Positions 49,033 to 59,099 are shown, counted from the first letter of the stretch. The stretch is DNA of 64,000 nt from Aeromicrobium sp. (GCA_025964895.1 JAOPXY010000032.1:2495-66494), one strand, 5' to 3'. Notes: generated from the letters alone by a model not told the origin. Translations and numbers: made by a program.

Positions 49033-50072
49033 TCCAATCCGGCCACCGCACCCGCACCGCTCTCGTGGTGGTCGTGGCGCTGATCGTCACGGGCCTGCTG
49101 GTCTGGCGTGAGACACGCGCCCGGCAGGGCACCGAGTTCGCGGCGATGTTCGACTCCGCCGTCGCGCTCTACCCGGGCTCCGACGTCCAGATCCTCGGCG
49201 TGCCCGTCGGCACCGTGACGTCCGTCGAGCCCAAGGGCGACGCGGTCAAGGTGTCGATGCGTCTCGACCGGGACCAGCAGGTCAGCGCCCACACCGATGC
49301 GGTGATCGTCGCACCGACCCTCGTCAGCGACCGATACGTCCAGCTCACCAAGCCGCTCGACGGTGGCACGGCGCTCGCCGCCGGCACCGTCGTGCCCAAG
49401 GACCGCACCGCCGTGCCGGTCGAGGTCGACGACCTGTACCGCAGCCTCAACGACATGGGCCAGAAGCTGGGGCCCAACGGCGTCAACCGCAACGGCGCGC
49501 TGTCGGACCTGCTCGAGGTCGGCGCCGCGAACCTCGAGGGGCAGGGCAAGGGGCTCAACCAGATGATCTCCGAGTTCGGCAAGGCGACAGGAACGCTGTC
49601 CGACCTCGACGAGGACTTCTTCGACACCGTCGCCAACCTCAAGGAGTTCAACGACATGCTGGTCGCCAATGACCAAGGCGTCGCCGACGTCAACCGGCAG
49701 TTCGCCTCGGTGGCGGACTACCTCGCCGAGGACCGCGAGGACCTCGCCGACGCGGTCGCCAACCTCGGTGACGCGCTCGGCGTGCTCGACGGCTTCATCA
49801 AGGACAACCGCGGCCACCTCAAGACCAGCGTCGACAACCTCATCGGCCCGACGCAGGTGCTCGTCAAGCAGAAGAAGTCGCTCGAGGAGGCCGTGCGGCT
49901 GATCCCGCTGGCCCTGCAGAACTTCCTCAACGCCTACGACCCTGGCACCGGCACGCTGCAGGGCCGCGGCAACCTCAACGAGATCTCGCTGTGGTCGACC
50001 GATGGGCTCAGCGCGCAGACCTCGCAGGCCGCGCCGCCGGTGCTGCTGCCCGGCACGGGAGCGGCGCAGTGA
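49029..50072 (+). CDS. Mce family protein (MceD position)
   Basis: LYPGSDVQILGVPVG, TLVSDRYVQL, PVEVDD. Confidence 0.9.
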   Translation: MIQSGHRTRTALVVVVALIVTGLLVWRETRARQGTEFAAMFDSAVALYPGSDVQILGVPVGTVTSVEPKGDAVKVSMRLDRDQQVSAHTDAVIVAPTLVSDRYVQLTKPLDGGTALAAGTVVPKDRTAVPVEVDDLYRSLNDMGQKLGPNGVNRNGALSDLLEVGAANLEGQGKGLNQMISEFGKATGTLSDLDEDFFDTVANLKEFNDMLVANDQGVADVNRQFASVADYLAEDREDLADAVANLGDALGVLDGFIKDNRGHLKTSVDNLIGPTQVLVKQKKSLEEAVRLIPLALQNFLNAYDPGTGTLQGRGNLNEISLWSTDGLSAQTSQAAPPVLLPGTGAAQ

Positions 50073-51382
50073 ACCGGGTGCGGCTCGCGGCCGGCGCCGC
50101 GGTGGCGGCGTTGCTGCTGAGCGGCTGCGGCGTGCTGACCAAGGGCGTCTACGACACGCCGCTGCCCGGTGGCGCAGATCTCGGCTCGAACCCGGTGCGG
50201 ATCTCCGCCGACTTCGAGGACGTCCTCGACCTCGTGCCCCAGTCGAGCGTCAAGGTCGACAACGTCGCCGTCGGCCGGGTCGACAAGATCCGGCTCAACG
50301 ACGACGGCACCAGCGCCCGCGTCGACCTGCTCGTCAACGACGACGTGTCGCTGCCGGCCGGCACCGCGGCGCGCATCCAGCAGACGTCCCTGCTGGGCGA
50401 GAAGTACGTCGCCCTCGTCCGACCCGAGGTCGCGGTCGCGGGCCCCGAGCTGGCGTCCGGCGCGCGCCTCGGGGTGGCCGAGACGTCACAGGCCGCGCAG
50501 GTCGAGCAGGTGCTCGGTGCGCTGTCGATGGTGCTGAACGGCGGCGGGATCGGCCAGTTCCAGGAGATCTCGCGCGAGCTGCAGCAGGTGTCGGCGGGAC
50601 GTCCCGAGGAGATCAAGGGGTTCCTGGAGGAGATGTCGACCTTCGTGGGCCAGCTCGACGACAACAAGGAGGCCATCACGGCGGCGCTCGACGGGCTCGA
50701 ACAGCTGTCGACGACGCTGGACGGCGACAAGGCCAAGATCGTGTCGGCGCTGGAGGGGCTGAGCCCCGGCATGAAGGTGTTCGCCGACCAGCGTGAGCAG
50801 CTCGTCGACATGCTCTCCGCGCTCGACCGGCTGTCCGACGTCACCGTCGAGACGCTCGACGCGTCGCAGAAGGACATCATCGCCGACTTCAAGGCGCTCG
50901 AGCCGATCCTCACCCAGCTCGCCAGGTCCGGCGACGACCTGCCGCAGTCGCTGGAGATCCTGCTGACCTACCCGTTCCCGGACTCGGTGCTGGGAGCGAT
51001 CAAGGGCGACTACCTGAACGTCTTCATCACGACCAACTTCCGCACCATCCCGGCCGACTGCGCCGCGATCGGCTGCGCGTGGCCGCAGGTGGGCGGCCAG
51101 ACGAACGCCACGACCAGTGGCGCGCGGTACGCACCGTCGTCCGCGACGACGCAGAAGGACGAGGACCGCCCGCCGACCCTGCTGCCGCCGACCAGCTCGC
51201 CGACCCCGGGCTATCCGCAGTCGACGATCTCGGTGCCGTCGCCGAGCACCCCGCCGGGTCCGTCGCCGTCTCCCGGCGAGTCGCCCAGCGCCTCGCCGAC
51301 GGAGCCGTCGCCGAGCCCCGACGACTCGGCGAGCCCCACGCAGCCCGCCGCGACACCGACCTCCGAGGAGAGTGACGACTGA
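50069..51382 (+). CDS. Mce lipoprotein (MceE position) with a Pro/Ser-rich tail
   Basis: Lipobox LSGC, SSVKVDNVAVG, TSLLGEKYV, YPFP, GDYLN. Confidence 0.9.
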   Translation: MNRVRLAAGAAVAALLLSGCGVLTKGVYDTPLPGGADLGSNPVRISADFEDVLDLVPQSSVKVDNVAVGRVDKIRLNDDGTSARVDLLVNDDVSLPAGTAARIQQTSLLGEKYVALVRPEVAVAGPELASGARLGVAETSQAAQVEQVLGALSMVLNGGGIGQFQEISRELQQVSAGRPEEIKGFLEEMSTFVGQLDDNKEAITAALDGLEQLSTTLDGDKAKIVSALEGLSPGMKVFADQREQLVDMLSALDRLSDVTVETLDASQKDIIADFKALEPILTQLARSGDDLPQSLEILLTYPFPDSVLGAIKGDYLNVFITTNFRTIPADCAAIGCAWPQVGGQTNATTSGARYAPSSATTQKDEDRPPTLLPPTSSPTPGYPQSTISVPSPSTPPGPSPSPGESPSASPTEPSPSPDDSASPTQPAATPTSEESDD

Positions 51383-52548
51383 TGCTGACCCGTCGGATCC
51401 AGATCCAGCTCATCGTCTTCGCGATCGTGGGGCTGCTCGCCACGACGTACCTGGGAGCCAAGTATGTGGGGCTCAATCCCTTCGGCACGGGCTATCGCGT
51501 CACGGTGGCGCTGCCCGACGCCGGCGGCTCGTTCGCCAACGGCGAGGTGACCTATCGCGGCGTGCCGGTGGGGCGCATCAAGGAGCTGCACACGACGCCC
51601 GACGGCATGGAGGCGGTGCTGCACATCGCAGGCGACGCCCCCGACATCCCGGCCGACGCCGCCGCGACCGTCGCCAACCGGTCCGCGATCGGCGAACAGT
51701 ACATCGACCTGCGCGGCACCGGGACGGGCAACGGCAAGAAGCTCCGCGACGGCGACCGCATCGAGGGATCGGCCGCGTCGATGCCGCCGGCGATCGAGGA
51801 CGTCCTGCGGACGGGTCGCGACTTCGCGGCGTCGGTGCCCGAGGACGCCCTGTCGACCGTCATTGACGAGTTCTACGAGTTCTCCCGCGGCGCCGCCCCG
51901 CACGTGGCGCGGCTGATCGAGACGTCGCAGGACTTCGTCGAGACCGCCGACGACAACTTCCTGGTCTCGTCGGCCCTGATCGACAGCGCGCAGACCGTGC
52001 TGACGACGCAGCAGGAGTCGGCCGACAGCATCAAGAGCTTCAGCTCCGATCTCGACCTGTTCGCGACGACGCTCGCCGACTCCGACGGCGACCTGCGGGC
52101 GCTGATCAAGAACTCGCCGGCCGCCGCGCGAGAGATCAGCCGGCTGTTCGACCAGGTGGGCCGGCCGCTGGGGGTGCTGATGAGCAACCTCGTGTCGACC
52201 GCGCAGGTGTTCGGCACGAATGCCGCCGGGGTCGAGGACGCCTTGTTTCGGGTGCCGGAGGCGTTGAGCGTCGGCTGGGCGGTGAACGGGTCCAGAGGAC
52301 TCGATCTGGGGCTCGCCCAGACGTACTTCGACCCGCTGCCATGCACCACGGGCTACGGCGGGACGACGCCGCGGCCGGGTCTTGAGACGAGCCCGGGCCA
52401 GCCGTTCAACACCAGCGCGGGGTGCACCGCGTCACCGTCGAGCGGCGCCGACGTGCGGGGGCCCCAGAGCGTCCCGCGCAAGCCGTCGGCCGCGGCGCAG
52501 GTGACCGTGCCCGACTCGCTGGACGACCTCATGGGAGGGGACCGATGA
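51382..52548 (+). CDS. Mce family protein (MceF position)
   Basis: GEVTYRGVPVG, NRSAIGEQYIDL. Confidence 0.9.
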   Translation: MLTRRIQIQLIVFAIVGLLATTYLGAKYVGLNPFGTGYRVTVALPDAGGSFANGEVTYRGVPVGRIKELHTTPDGMEAVLHIAGDAPDIPADAAATVANRSAIGEQYIDLRGTGTGNGKKLRDGDRIEGSAASMPPAIEDVLRTGRDFAASVPEDALSTVIDEFYEFSRGAAPHVARLIETSQDFVETADDNFLVSSALIDSAQTVLTTQQESADSIKSFSSDLDLFATTLADSDGDLRALIKNSPAAAREISRLFDQVGRPLGVLMSNLVSTAQVFGTNAAGVEDALFRVPEALSVGWAVNGSRGLDLGLAQTYFDPLPCTTGYGGTTPRPGLETSPGQPFNTSAGCTASPSSGADVRGPQSVPRKPSAAAQVTVPDSLDDLMGGDR

Positions 52549-53159
52549 CCACGCAGATCGGGGACGACGTGACGGACGAGATTGAGGTACCGGAGGCAGA
52601 ACCGGACGAGAGTGAGTCGTCCGTGCAGCCCGCTTGGCCGGGCTGGACGGCGTCGCTGCGCCGGCGGCTGCGTCTCGTCGCGCTGGGGGTGGTCGCCGCG
52701 ATCGTCCTGGTCAGCGGCCTGCTCGCGTGGTGGCAGGCGGCCGGCGACGGGGACCTCGATCGCGCCGAGACGCGTGACGCGGTGCTGATCGCCGGGCGGC
52801 AGCACATCGAGACGCTGCAGTCGCTGGACTACCGCGACATCGACGAAGGCCTCGACGCCTGGCTCGACGTCACGACCGGCACGCTGCACGACCAGCTCGC
52901 GGCCGTGGGCGACGACGACCGCGGCCTGCTCGCGGACCAGAAGAAGATCTCGACCGGACGCGTCATCGACGCCGCGGTGCTCGACCTCGACGACGACTCC
53001 GCGACCATCATCGCGGCCGTCGAGATCACGGTCGCCGACGATCCGTCCGCCGGCACGGAGCCGACGATCAAGCGCAACCGCTTCATCGCCGACCTCGTGA
53101 AGGCCAAGGGGCAGTGGAAGCTCGAGAACATCGAACAGGTGGCGGTGGACCTCTCATGA
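52545..53159 (+). CDS. Mce-associated membrane protein (Mam-like) 1
   Basis: One TM, LQSLDYRD, C-terminal KGQWKLE; follows mceF. Confidence 0.8.
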   Translation: MTTQIGDDVTDEIEVPEAEPDESESSVQPAWPGWTASLRRRLRLVALGVVAAIVLVSGLLAWWQAAGDGDLDRAETRDAVLIAGRQHIETLQSLDYRDIDEGLDAWLDVTTGTLHDQLAAVGDDDRGLLADQKKISTGRVIDAAVLDLDDDSATIIAAVEITVADDPSAGTEPTIKRNRFIADLVKAKGQWKLENIEQVAVDLS

Positions 53160-53683
53160 CCACGATCTTCACGAAGCTCCGTGCGCGGATCGGCCTCTAC
53201 GCCGCCGTCGCGGTCATCGCCGCGATGTTCGCGGTCGGTGGCGTCGGCTGGTGGATGTCGTTCGACCTGCGATCGACGTCGGCAGCGTCCAACCATGCGC
53301 TGACCGACGCCAAGACCACGGCGCAAGTGCAGGCCGAGGTGTCGAAGGGGCTGACGGAGGTGCTGAGCTACGACTACGCCGACCCGGGCCGCACGACGTC
53401 GGTCCTCGACTCGGTGCTGAGGGGCGACGCCCGCAAGGAGTACGACACGCTCTTCACCGTGCTGCAGAAGAACGCGCCGGGCCAGCAGCTCGTGCTGACC
53501 GCCACGGTGCAGGGCGCCGCGGTCCGGGAGCTGGAGGGCGACACCGCCCAGCTGCTGGTGTTCCTCGACCAGTCGAGCCGGCGGGCCACTGACAAGGAGG
53601 CCAGCGTCTCCGCCGCCCAGATCTCCGTGACCGCCAAACGCACCAACGGAGCCTGGCTCATCACCAAGCTCAAACCCCTCTAG
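53156..53683 (+). CDS. Mce-associated membrane protein (Mam-like) 2
   Basis: One TM, VLSYDY, LLVFLDQ, GAWLITKL. Confidence 0.8.
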   Translation: MTTIFTKLRARIGLYAAVAVIAAMFAVGGVGWWMSFDLRSTSAASNHALTDAKTTAQVQAEVSKGLTEVLSYDYADPGRTTSVLDSVLRGDARKEYDTLFTVLQKNAPGQQLVLTATVQGAAVRELEGDTAQLLVFLDQSSRRATDKEASVSAAQISVTAKRTNGAWLITKLKPL

Positions 53684-53712
53684 CCCACCCCGACCCGGCC
53701 GACCCCAGCCCG

Positions 53713-53770
53713 GATTTGCGGGGTTCTGCACCGTCTACCCTCCACTGGACGGTGCAGGACCCCGCATATC
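53713..53770. repeat. Long hairpin (REP-like or terminator) after the Mce operon
   Basis: GATTTGCGGGGTTCTGCACCGTC / GACGGTGCAGGACCCCGCATATC; 23-bp arms with 2 mismatches. Confidence 0.65.
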
Positions 53771-53821
53771 TGGTCTGATGGTGGCCGACACATTCTGATG
53801 ACGACGACAGGGGACACGTCC

Positions 53822-54283
53822 ATGACCGATTACGCCGCCGCACAACCCGCCTCGACGAGAGCATTCGCGGGCTGGTGGTCGCGCGTCGCGGCCGTGGTGA
53901 TCGACAGCCTTCCCACCGCCATCGTCTTCTCGGTGCTAGCCGCCGCCTTCGGCGAGAGCGAGACCTCGGACTCGGGCTTCTCGTTCCAGCTCAGCGGCCT
54001 GCCGTTCGTCGTCTACCTGCTGTTCGCGATCGGCTGGTTCGTCTTCAACTGGGTCATCCGTCAGGGATCCACGGGGCAGACGATCGGCAAAAAGCTGTTG
54101 GGCATCACGGTGCTGTCGGCCGACACGCACCAGCCCATCGGCGGCGGTCTGACGTTCGCTCGCCAGCTCGTGCACATCCTCGACGCGCTGCCGTGCGGTA
54201 TCGGCTACCTGTGGCCGCTGTGGGACGGCGAGAACCGCACCTGGGCCGACATGATCATGTCGACCCGCGTCTACAAGTCCTGA
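53822..54283 (+). CDS. RDD family protein
   Basis: WWSRVAAVVID, GQTIGKKLLGI, RTWADMIMST. Confidence 0.9.
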   Translation: MTDYAAAQPASTRAFAGWWSRVAAVVIDSLPTAIVFSVLAAAFGESETSDSGFSFQLSGLPFVVYLLFAIGWFVFNWVIRQGSTGQTIGKKLLGITVLSADTHQPIGGGLTFARQLVHILDALPCGIGYLWPLWDGENRTWADMIMSTRVYKS

Positions 54284-54341
54284 TCTTCGGCAACCCAGCC
54301 TTGACCCCACCCCCCCAACGCTGAGGGGGTACTTCACGCCC

Positions 54342-54513
54342 CTCGAGGGGGTGGTTGTGGCCCCCTCGAGCGCGGTGGGCCCGGTGTGGGCGGTGCGTGA
54401 GACACCTATGAGGGACGCCGTACGGCGTCGCCGGTGCCCCAGACACCTTTCGGCACGCTGATAGGTGCTTCACGCACCGCCCTCCGACGCGACAGGTGTC
54501 TCACGCACCGCCC
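54342..54513. repeat. BIME/REP-like composite with three copies of a 22-mer
   Basis: GGGCGGTGCGTGAGACACCTAT at 54388-54409, inverted copies at 54461-54482 and 54492-54513, and a CTCGAGGGGG/CCCCCTCGAG hairpin at 54342-54370. Confidence 0.7.
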
Positions 54514-54553
54514 GCGGTCGGCACGGGCCCTCAGGCCGAATCCGGGTGATGGG

Positions 54554-55369
54554 TCAGTCGTCGACGCGCATCAGGGTCATCGACGTGGCGCCCGTGGAGG
54601 TCCGGGTATCGGCGGTGGCGGTGCCGTCCGCCTGGCATCGCGTCTCGACCGCGTCTGTCTCAGCCAAAGAGGTCATCGCCGTGACGGCGAGGACGGCGCG
54701 TCCTCGCGGGGTGGTGCTGCTGGTCGCCAGAACATCGTCGCCCCTGGCAATCCAGCACGTGACCACGGTGTCGCCAGTCGACTCGACCGAGGTGAGCGAC
54801 TGGATGAGCGTGGTGCCGGTCGTGGCCGCCGGTATCGAGGTCGAGCGAACCATGGTGAAGGCGTTCGAAGCCGTGCCGTCGAGGCTGGTGTTCGGCATCC
54901 CCTGAGTGGCCTGGTTGCCGCCTTCGAGGACGAGGGTCGTCGGCACGTCCCTGAACAGGTCGACGGCGGCCTGGTTGAGCTCGCCGAGGCCCAGGCTCTG
55001 GTCGGCGATCTGCTGGGAGTTGATGCTGTTCGCGGCGATCTCGCGGGCACCGATGCTGCCCGGCTGGATGTCCTGGGCGCCGATGCTGCCGTCGAGGATG
55101 TGCTGCGAGCCGATCGATCCCGCACGGATCTTGGTGCCGTCGATGACGTTGGCGCGGATGTCGCTGGCAGTGACTCCGGCGCGGGCGATCTTCGCCGACG
55201 TGACGCTGCTGTCCTTCAGCTGCTTGGTGCCGATGCTCTTGGCCTTCACGGCCGCGTACGACGTGCCGCCCAGCGACATGAACAGCGCCAGGGTCGCAAT
55301 GACGAACGTCGCGGTCGGCCGGCGGCGTCGGCGGGTGGACGCGCACGAGCAGGTACAGGAGTCGGCCAT
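54554..55369 (-). CDS. Secreted or anchored protein with tandem 10-aa repeats
   Basis: GAAGGA RBS; signal ending SYA-A; about 8-9 repeats of (G/N/S)S(I/V)xxxx(I/L)xx. Confidence 0.75.
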   Translation of the reverse strand: MADSCTCSCASTRRRRRPTATFVIATLALFMSLGGTSYAAVKAKSIGTKQLKDSSVTSAKIARAGVTASDIRANVIDGTKIRAGSIGSQHILDGSIGAQDIQPGSIGAREIAANSINSQQIADQSLGLGELNQAAVDLFRDVPTTLVLEGGNQATQGMPNTSLDGTASNAFTMVRSTSIPAATTGTTLIQSLTSVESTGDTVVTCWIARGDDVLATSSTTPRGRAVLAVTAMTSLAETDAVETRCQADGTATADTRTSTGATSMTLMRVDD

Positions 55370-55606
55370 GGTGTTCCTTCATGTCACGGTGCTGCAGGGA
55401 TGCCCCGAGCCTACGGCGTCAACGCCCTCCGGGAAGGACGGACGATGAGGGGTCGTGGCACCTGGGGCTGCGCATACCCTCATCGTGCGTCCGCCCCGCC
55501 CACGCGCCCGCACGACGGACGGCGAAGCGATGGTCACCTCGGAACCGGGGGATCCGGGGTGGGGGATAGGTTGTGGCAACGCCCCTCCGAGCCAAGGACG
55601 TTTCCG

Positions 55607-58600
55607 ATGTTTGCGAAGATTCTCGTGGCCAATCGCGGTGAGATCGCGATCCGGGCGATCCGGGCCGCGCAAGAGCTTGGTGCCCGCACCGTCGCGGTGT
55701 TCCCGTACGAGGATCGCGGCTCCGAGCACCGCGTCCGTGCCGACGAGGCGTACGAGATCGGCGAGCGCGGCCACCCCGTGCGGGCGTACCTCGATCCCGA
55801 GGCGATCGTCGCGGCGGCGGTCAGCGCGGGCGCCGACGCCGTGTACCCCGGCTACGGCTTCCTGTCGGAGAACCCCGATCTCGCGGAGGCGTGCGAGCGC
55901 GCCGGGGTGACGTTCATCGGCCCGCCCAAGGAGGTGCTCGAGCTCACCGGCAACAAGGCGTCCGCGATCGCGGCGGCGAAGGCGGCGGGCGTCCCGACGC
56001 TGAAGTCGGTCGAGCCGTCGGCGGACGTCGACGAGCTGGTCGCCGCCTCGGACGTGCTGTCGTACCCGCTGTTCGTCAAGGCGGTCGCCGGTGGCGGTGG
56101 GCGGGGCATGCGCCGCGTCGACGATCCCGCGAAGCTGCGCGAGTCGATCGAGGCCGCGATGCGCGAGGCCGATGGCGCATTCGGCGATCCGACCTGCTTC
56201 ATCGAGGAGGCCGTCGTCGACGCCCGGCACATCGAGGTACAGATCCTGGCCGACCAGCGCGGCAACGTCGTGCACCTGCGCGAGCGCGACTGCTCGGTGC
56301 AGCGCCGCCACCAGAAGGTCGTCGAGATCGCCCCGGCGCCGAACCTGGACCGCGACATCCGCAAGGCGATGTGCGCCGACGCGGTGGCGTTCGCGGAGTC
56401 GATCGGCTACTGGTGTGCCGGGACGGTGGAGTTCCTGCTGGGCGCCGATGGACGGTATGTGTTCATCGAGATGAACCCGCGCATCCAGGTCGAGCACACC
56501 GTGACCGAGGAGGTCACCAATGTCGATCTCGTCCAGGCGCAGATGCGCATCGCCGCCGGCGAAACCCTCGCCGATCTGGATCTGGACGTGCAGGAGAACA
56601 TCAAGGCCCGCGGCTTCGCGCTGCAGTGCCGCATCACGACCGAGGACCCCGCCAACGGCTTTCGGCCAGACACCGGCACGATCACTGCCTACCGCTCCCC
56701 GGGCGGGCCAGGCGTGCGACTCGACGGCGGCACGACGTTCACCGGCGCCGTCGTCAGTGCCCACTTCGACTCCCTGCTGAGCAAGCTGACGTGCCGCGGC
56801 CGCGATTTCGAGTCGGCGGTGGCCCGCGCCGAGCGCGCGCTGAGCGAGTTCCACGTCGGCGGCGTCTCGACCAACATCCCGTTCGTGCGCGGGCTCCTCG
56901 CGAATGCGGACTTCCGCGCGGGACGGGTCACGACGACGTTCATCGAGCAGCACCCCGAGCTGCTCGACGCGCACGGCGCATCCGATCCGGCCGGCCGGAT
57001 CCTGTCGTACCTGGCCGACGTGACGGTCAACCAGCCGCACGGCGCCTCGCCCACGAGCGTCGACCCCGTCTCGAAGCTGCCGCGGCTCGACCTGTCGGTG
57101 CCGCCGCCGGACGGTTCGCGGCAGCTCCTCGCCGAGCTCGGGCCCGAGGGCTTCGCTGCGGCACTGCGCCAGCGCGACACGGTCGGCGTCACCGACACCA
57201 CGTTCCGCGACGCCCATCAGTCGCTGCTGGCGACGCGCGTGCGCACCCGCGACCTGGTGCAGGTCGCGCCGCACGTGGCCCGCATGACCCCCCAGCTCCT
57301 GAGCATCGAGGCGTGGGGCGGGGCGACGTACGACGTCGCGCTGCGCTTCCTGAAGGAGGATCCGTGGCAGCGGCTCGCCGCGATGCGGGAGGCGGCGCCC
57401 AACATCTGCCTGCAGATGCTGCTGCGGGGCCGCAACACGGTCGGCTACACGCCCTACCCCACCGAGGTCACCGACGCGTTCGTCGCCGAGGCCGCACAGA
57501 CCGGCATCGACATCTTCCGCATCTTCGACGCCCTCAACGACGTCGACCAGATGCGGCCCGCGATCGAGGCCGTCCGCGCCACCGGCACGGCGGTCGCCGA
57601 GGTCGCGCTGTGCTACACCGGTGACCTGTCCGACCCGGGCGAGACGCTCTACACGCTCGACTACTACCTCGAGCTCGCGGACCGCATCGTCGAGGCCGGC
57701 GCGCACGTGCTGGCGATCAAGGACATGGCCGGCCTGCTGCGCGCCCCCGCCGCGCGGACGCTCGTGCGCGCGTTGCGTGAGCGGTTCGATCTGCCGGTCC
57801 ACCTGCACACCCATGACACCCCCGGCGGTCAGCTCGCGACCCTGACAGCGGCGATCGACGCCGGCGTCGACGCCGTCGACGCCGCCTCGGCCGCGCTGGC
57901 CGGCACGACGTCCCAGCCCCCGATGTCGGCGCTCGTCGCCGCGACCGACTACGGCGACCGGACGACCGGGCTCGACATCGACGCGGTCAACGCGCTCGAG
58001 CCGTACTGGGAGGCCACACGCCGGCTGTACGCGCCATTCGAGTCGGGCCTGCCCGCCCCGACCGGACGTGTCTATCGCCACGAGATCCCCGGCGGCCAGC
58101 TGTCGAACCTGCGCCAACAGGCCACGGCCCTGGGCCTGGGAGAGAAGTTCGAACAGATCGAGGACATGTACGCCGCCGCCAACGACATCCTCGGCAACGT
58201 CGTCAAGGTGACGCCGTCGTCGAAGGTCGTCGGCGACCTCGCGCTGCACCTCGTGGCCGTCGGCGCCGACCCGGACGCGTTCGCCGACGACCCCGCGTCG
58301 TTCGACATCCCCGACTCCGTCATCGGCTTCCTGTCCGGTGAGCTGGGCGACCCGCCTGGCGGCTGGCCCGAGCCGTTCCGCACCAAGGCGCTCGAGGGTC
58401 GCAGCACCCGGCACCCGGTCACCGAGCTGACCGACGACGACCGGACGGGGCTGGCGCACGACCGCCGGCACACGCTCAATCGGTTGCTGTTCCCCGGACC
58501 CACGGACGATTTTGAGAAGGCGCGCGCCGAGTACGGGGACCTGTCCACCGTCCCGACCGACGCCTTCCTCTACGGCATGCGGGCCGGCGGCGAGACCGAG

Positions 58601-58987
58601 GTCGAGGTGTCGGAGGGCAATCTGCTGCTGTTCGGCGTCGAGGCGATCGGCGACGCCGACGAGCGCGGCATCCGCAATGTGCTCGGCACGATCAACGGCC
58701 AGCTGCGACCCACCGAGGTCCGCGACCGGTCGGTTGACTCCAAGGTCACATCGTCGGAGAAGGCTGACGCGGGCGACGCGAGTCACGTCGCGGTGCCGTT
58801 CGCGGGTGTCGTCCATCCGCTCGTCGCCGAGGGCGACACCGTCGAGGCAGGGCAGACCGTCGCGACGATCGAGGCCATGAAGATGGAGGCGTCCATCACG
58901 ACCCCGAATGCCGGCACGGTCGGGCGCCTCGTCATCAAGGACACCCGTCAGGCCGAGGGTGGCGATCTCCTCCTCGTTCTGGGTTGA
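55607..58987 (+). CDS. pyc: Pyruvate carboxylase
   Basis: KILVANRGEIA (biotin carboxylase), RDAHQSLLATR (carboxyltransferase), EAMKM (biotin attachment). Confidence 0.97.
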   Translation: MFAKILVANRGEIAIRAIRAAQELGARTVAVFPYEDRGSEHRVRADEAYEIGERGHPVRAYLDPEAIVAAAVSAGADAVYPGYGFLSENPDLAEACERAGVTFIGPPKEVLELTGNKASAIAAAKAAGVPTLKSVEPSADVDELVAASDVLSYPLFVKAVAGGGGRGMRRVDDPAKLRESIEAAMREADGAFGDPTCFIEEAVVDARHIEVQILADQRGNVVHLRERDCSVQRRHQKVVEIAPAPNLDRDIRKAMCADAVAFAESIGYWCAGTVEFLLGADGRYVFIEMNPRIQVEHTVTEEVTNVDLVQAQMRIAAGETLADLDLDVQENIKARGFALQCRITTEDPANGFRPDTGTITAYRSPGGPGVRLDGGTTFTGAVVSAHFDSLLSKLTCRGRDFESAVARAERALSEFHVGGVSTNIPFVRGLLANADFRAGRVTTTFIEQHPELLDAHGASDPAGRILSYLADVTVNQPHGASPTSVDPVSKLPRLDLSVPPPDGSRQLLAELGPEGFAAALRQRDTVGVTDTTFRDAHQSLLATRVRTRDLVQVAPHVARMTPQLLSIEAWGGATYDVALRFLKEDPWQRLAAMREAAPNICLQMLLRGRNTVGYTPYPTEVTDAFVAEAAQTGIDIFRIFDALNDVDQMRPAIEAVRATGTAVAEVALCYTGDLSDPGETLYTLDYYLELADRIVEAGAHVLAIKDMAGLLRAPAARTLVRALRERFDLPVHLHTHDTPGGQLATLTAAIDAGVDAVDAASAALAGTTSQPPMSALVAATDYGDRTTGLDIDAVNALEPYWEATRRLYAPFESGLPAPTGRVYRHEIPGGQLSNLRQQATALGLGEKFEQIEDMYAAANDILGNVVKVTPSSKVVGDLALHLVAVGADPDAFADDPASFDIPDSVIGFLSGELGDPPGGWPEPFRTKALEGRSTRHPVTELTDDDRTGLAHDRRHTLNRLLFPGPTDDFEKARAEYGDLSTVPTDAFLYGMRAGGETEVEVSEGNLLLFGVEAIGDADERGIRNVLGTINGQLRPTEVRDRSVDSKVTSSEKADAGDASHVAVPFAGVVHPLVAEGDTVEAGQTVATIEAMKMEASITTPNAGTVGRLVIKDTRQAEGGDLLLVLG

Positions 58988-59099
58988 GGATCTGCGCTCA
59001 CCACGCACGTGCAACCTCCGCGTGTCACACTCGGAGGAGAACGTCTCGCCGCGGCCACTCAGGCCCCTCGGGAGCGACCAGCCCTAAGGAGGGCGGCCG

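Noticed and set aside
54434-55606. N-terminal extension making pyruvate carboxylase 1517 aa
   Set aside because: The extension is antisense to the 54554-55369 gene and low-complexity; Pyc begins at MFAKILVANRGEI (55607).
55379-59014. Long antisense ORFs (also 1417-3336, 2361-4277, 23866-25887, 27335-28939, 29884-31668, 42898-45489)
   Set aside because: These are typical stop-poor shadow frames of high-GC genes, with no recognisable motifs and strong genes on the opposite strand.
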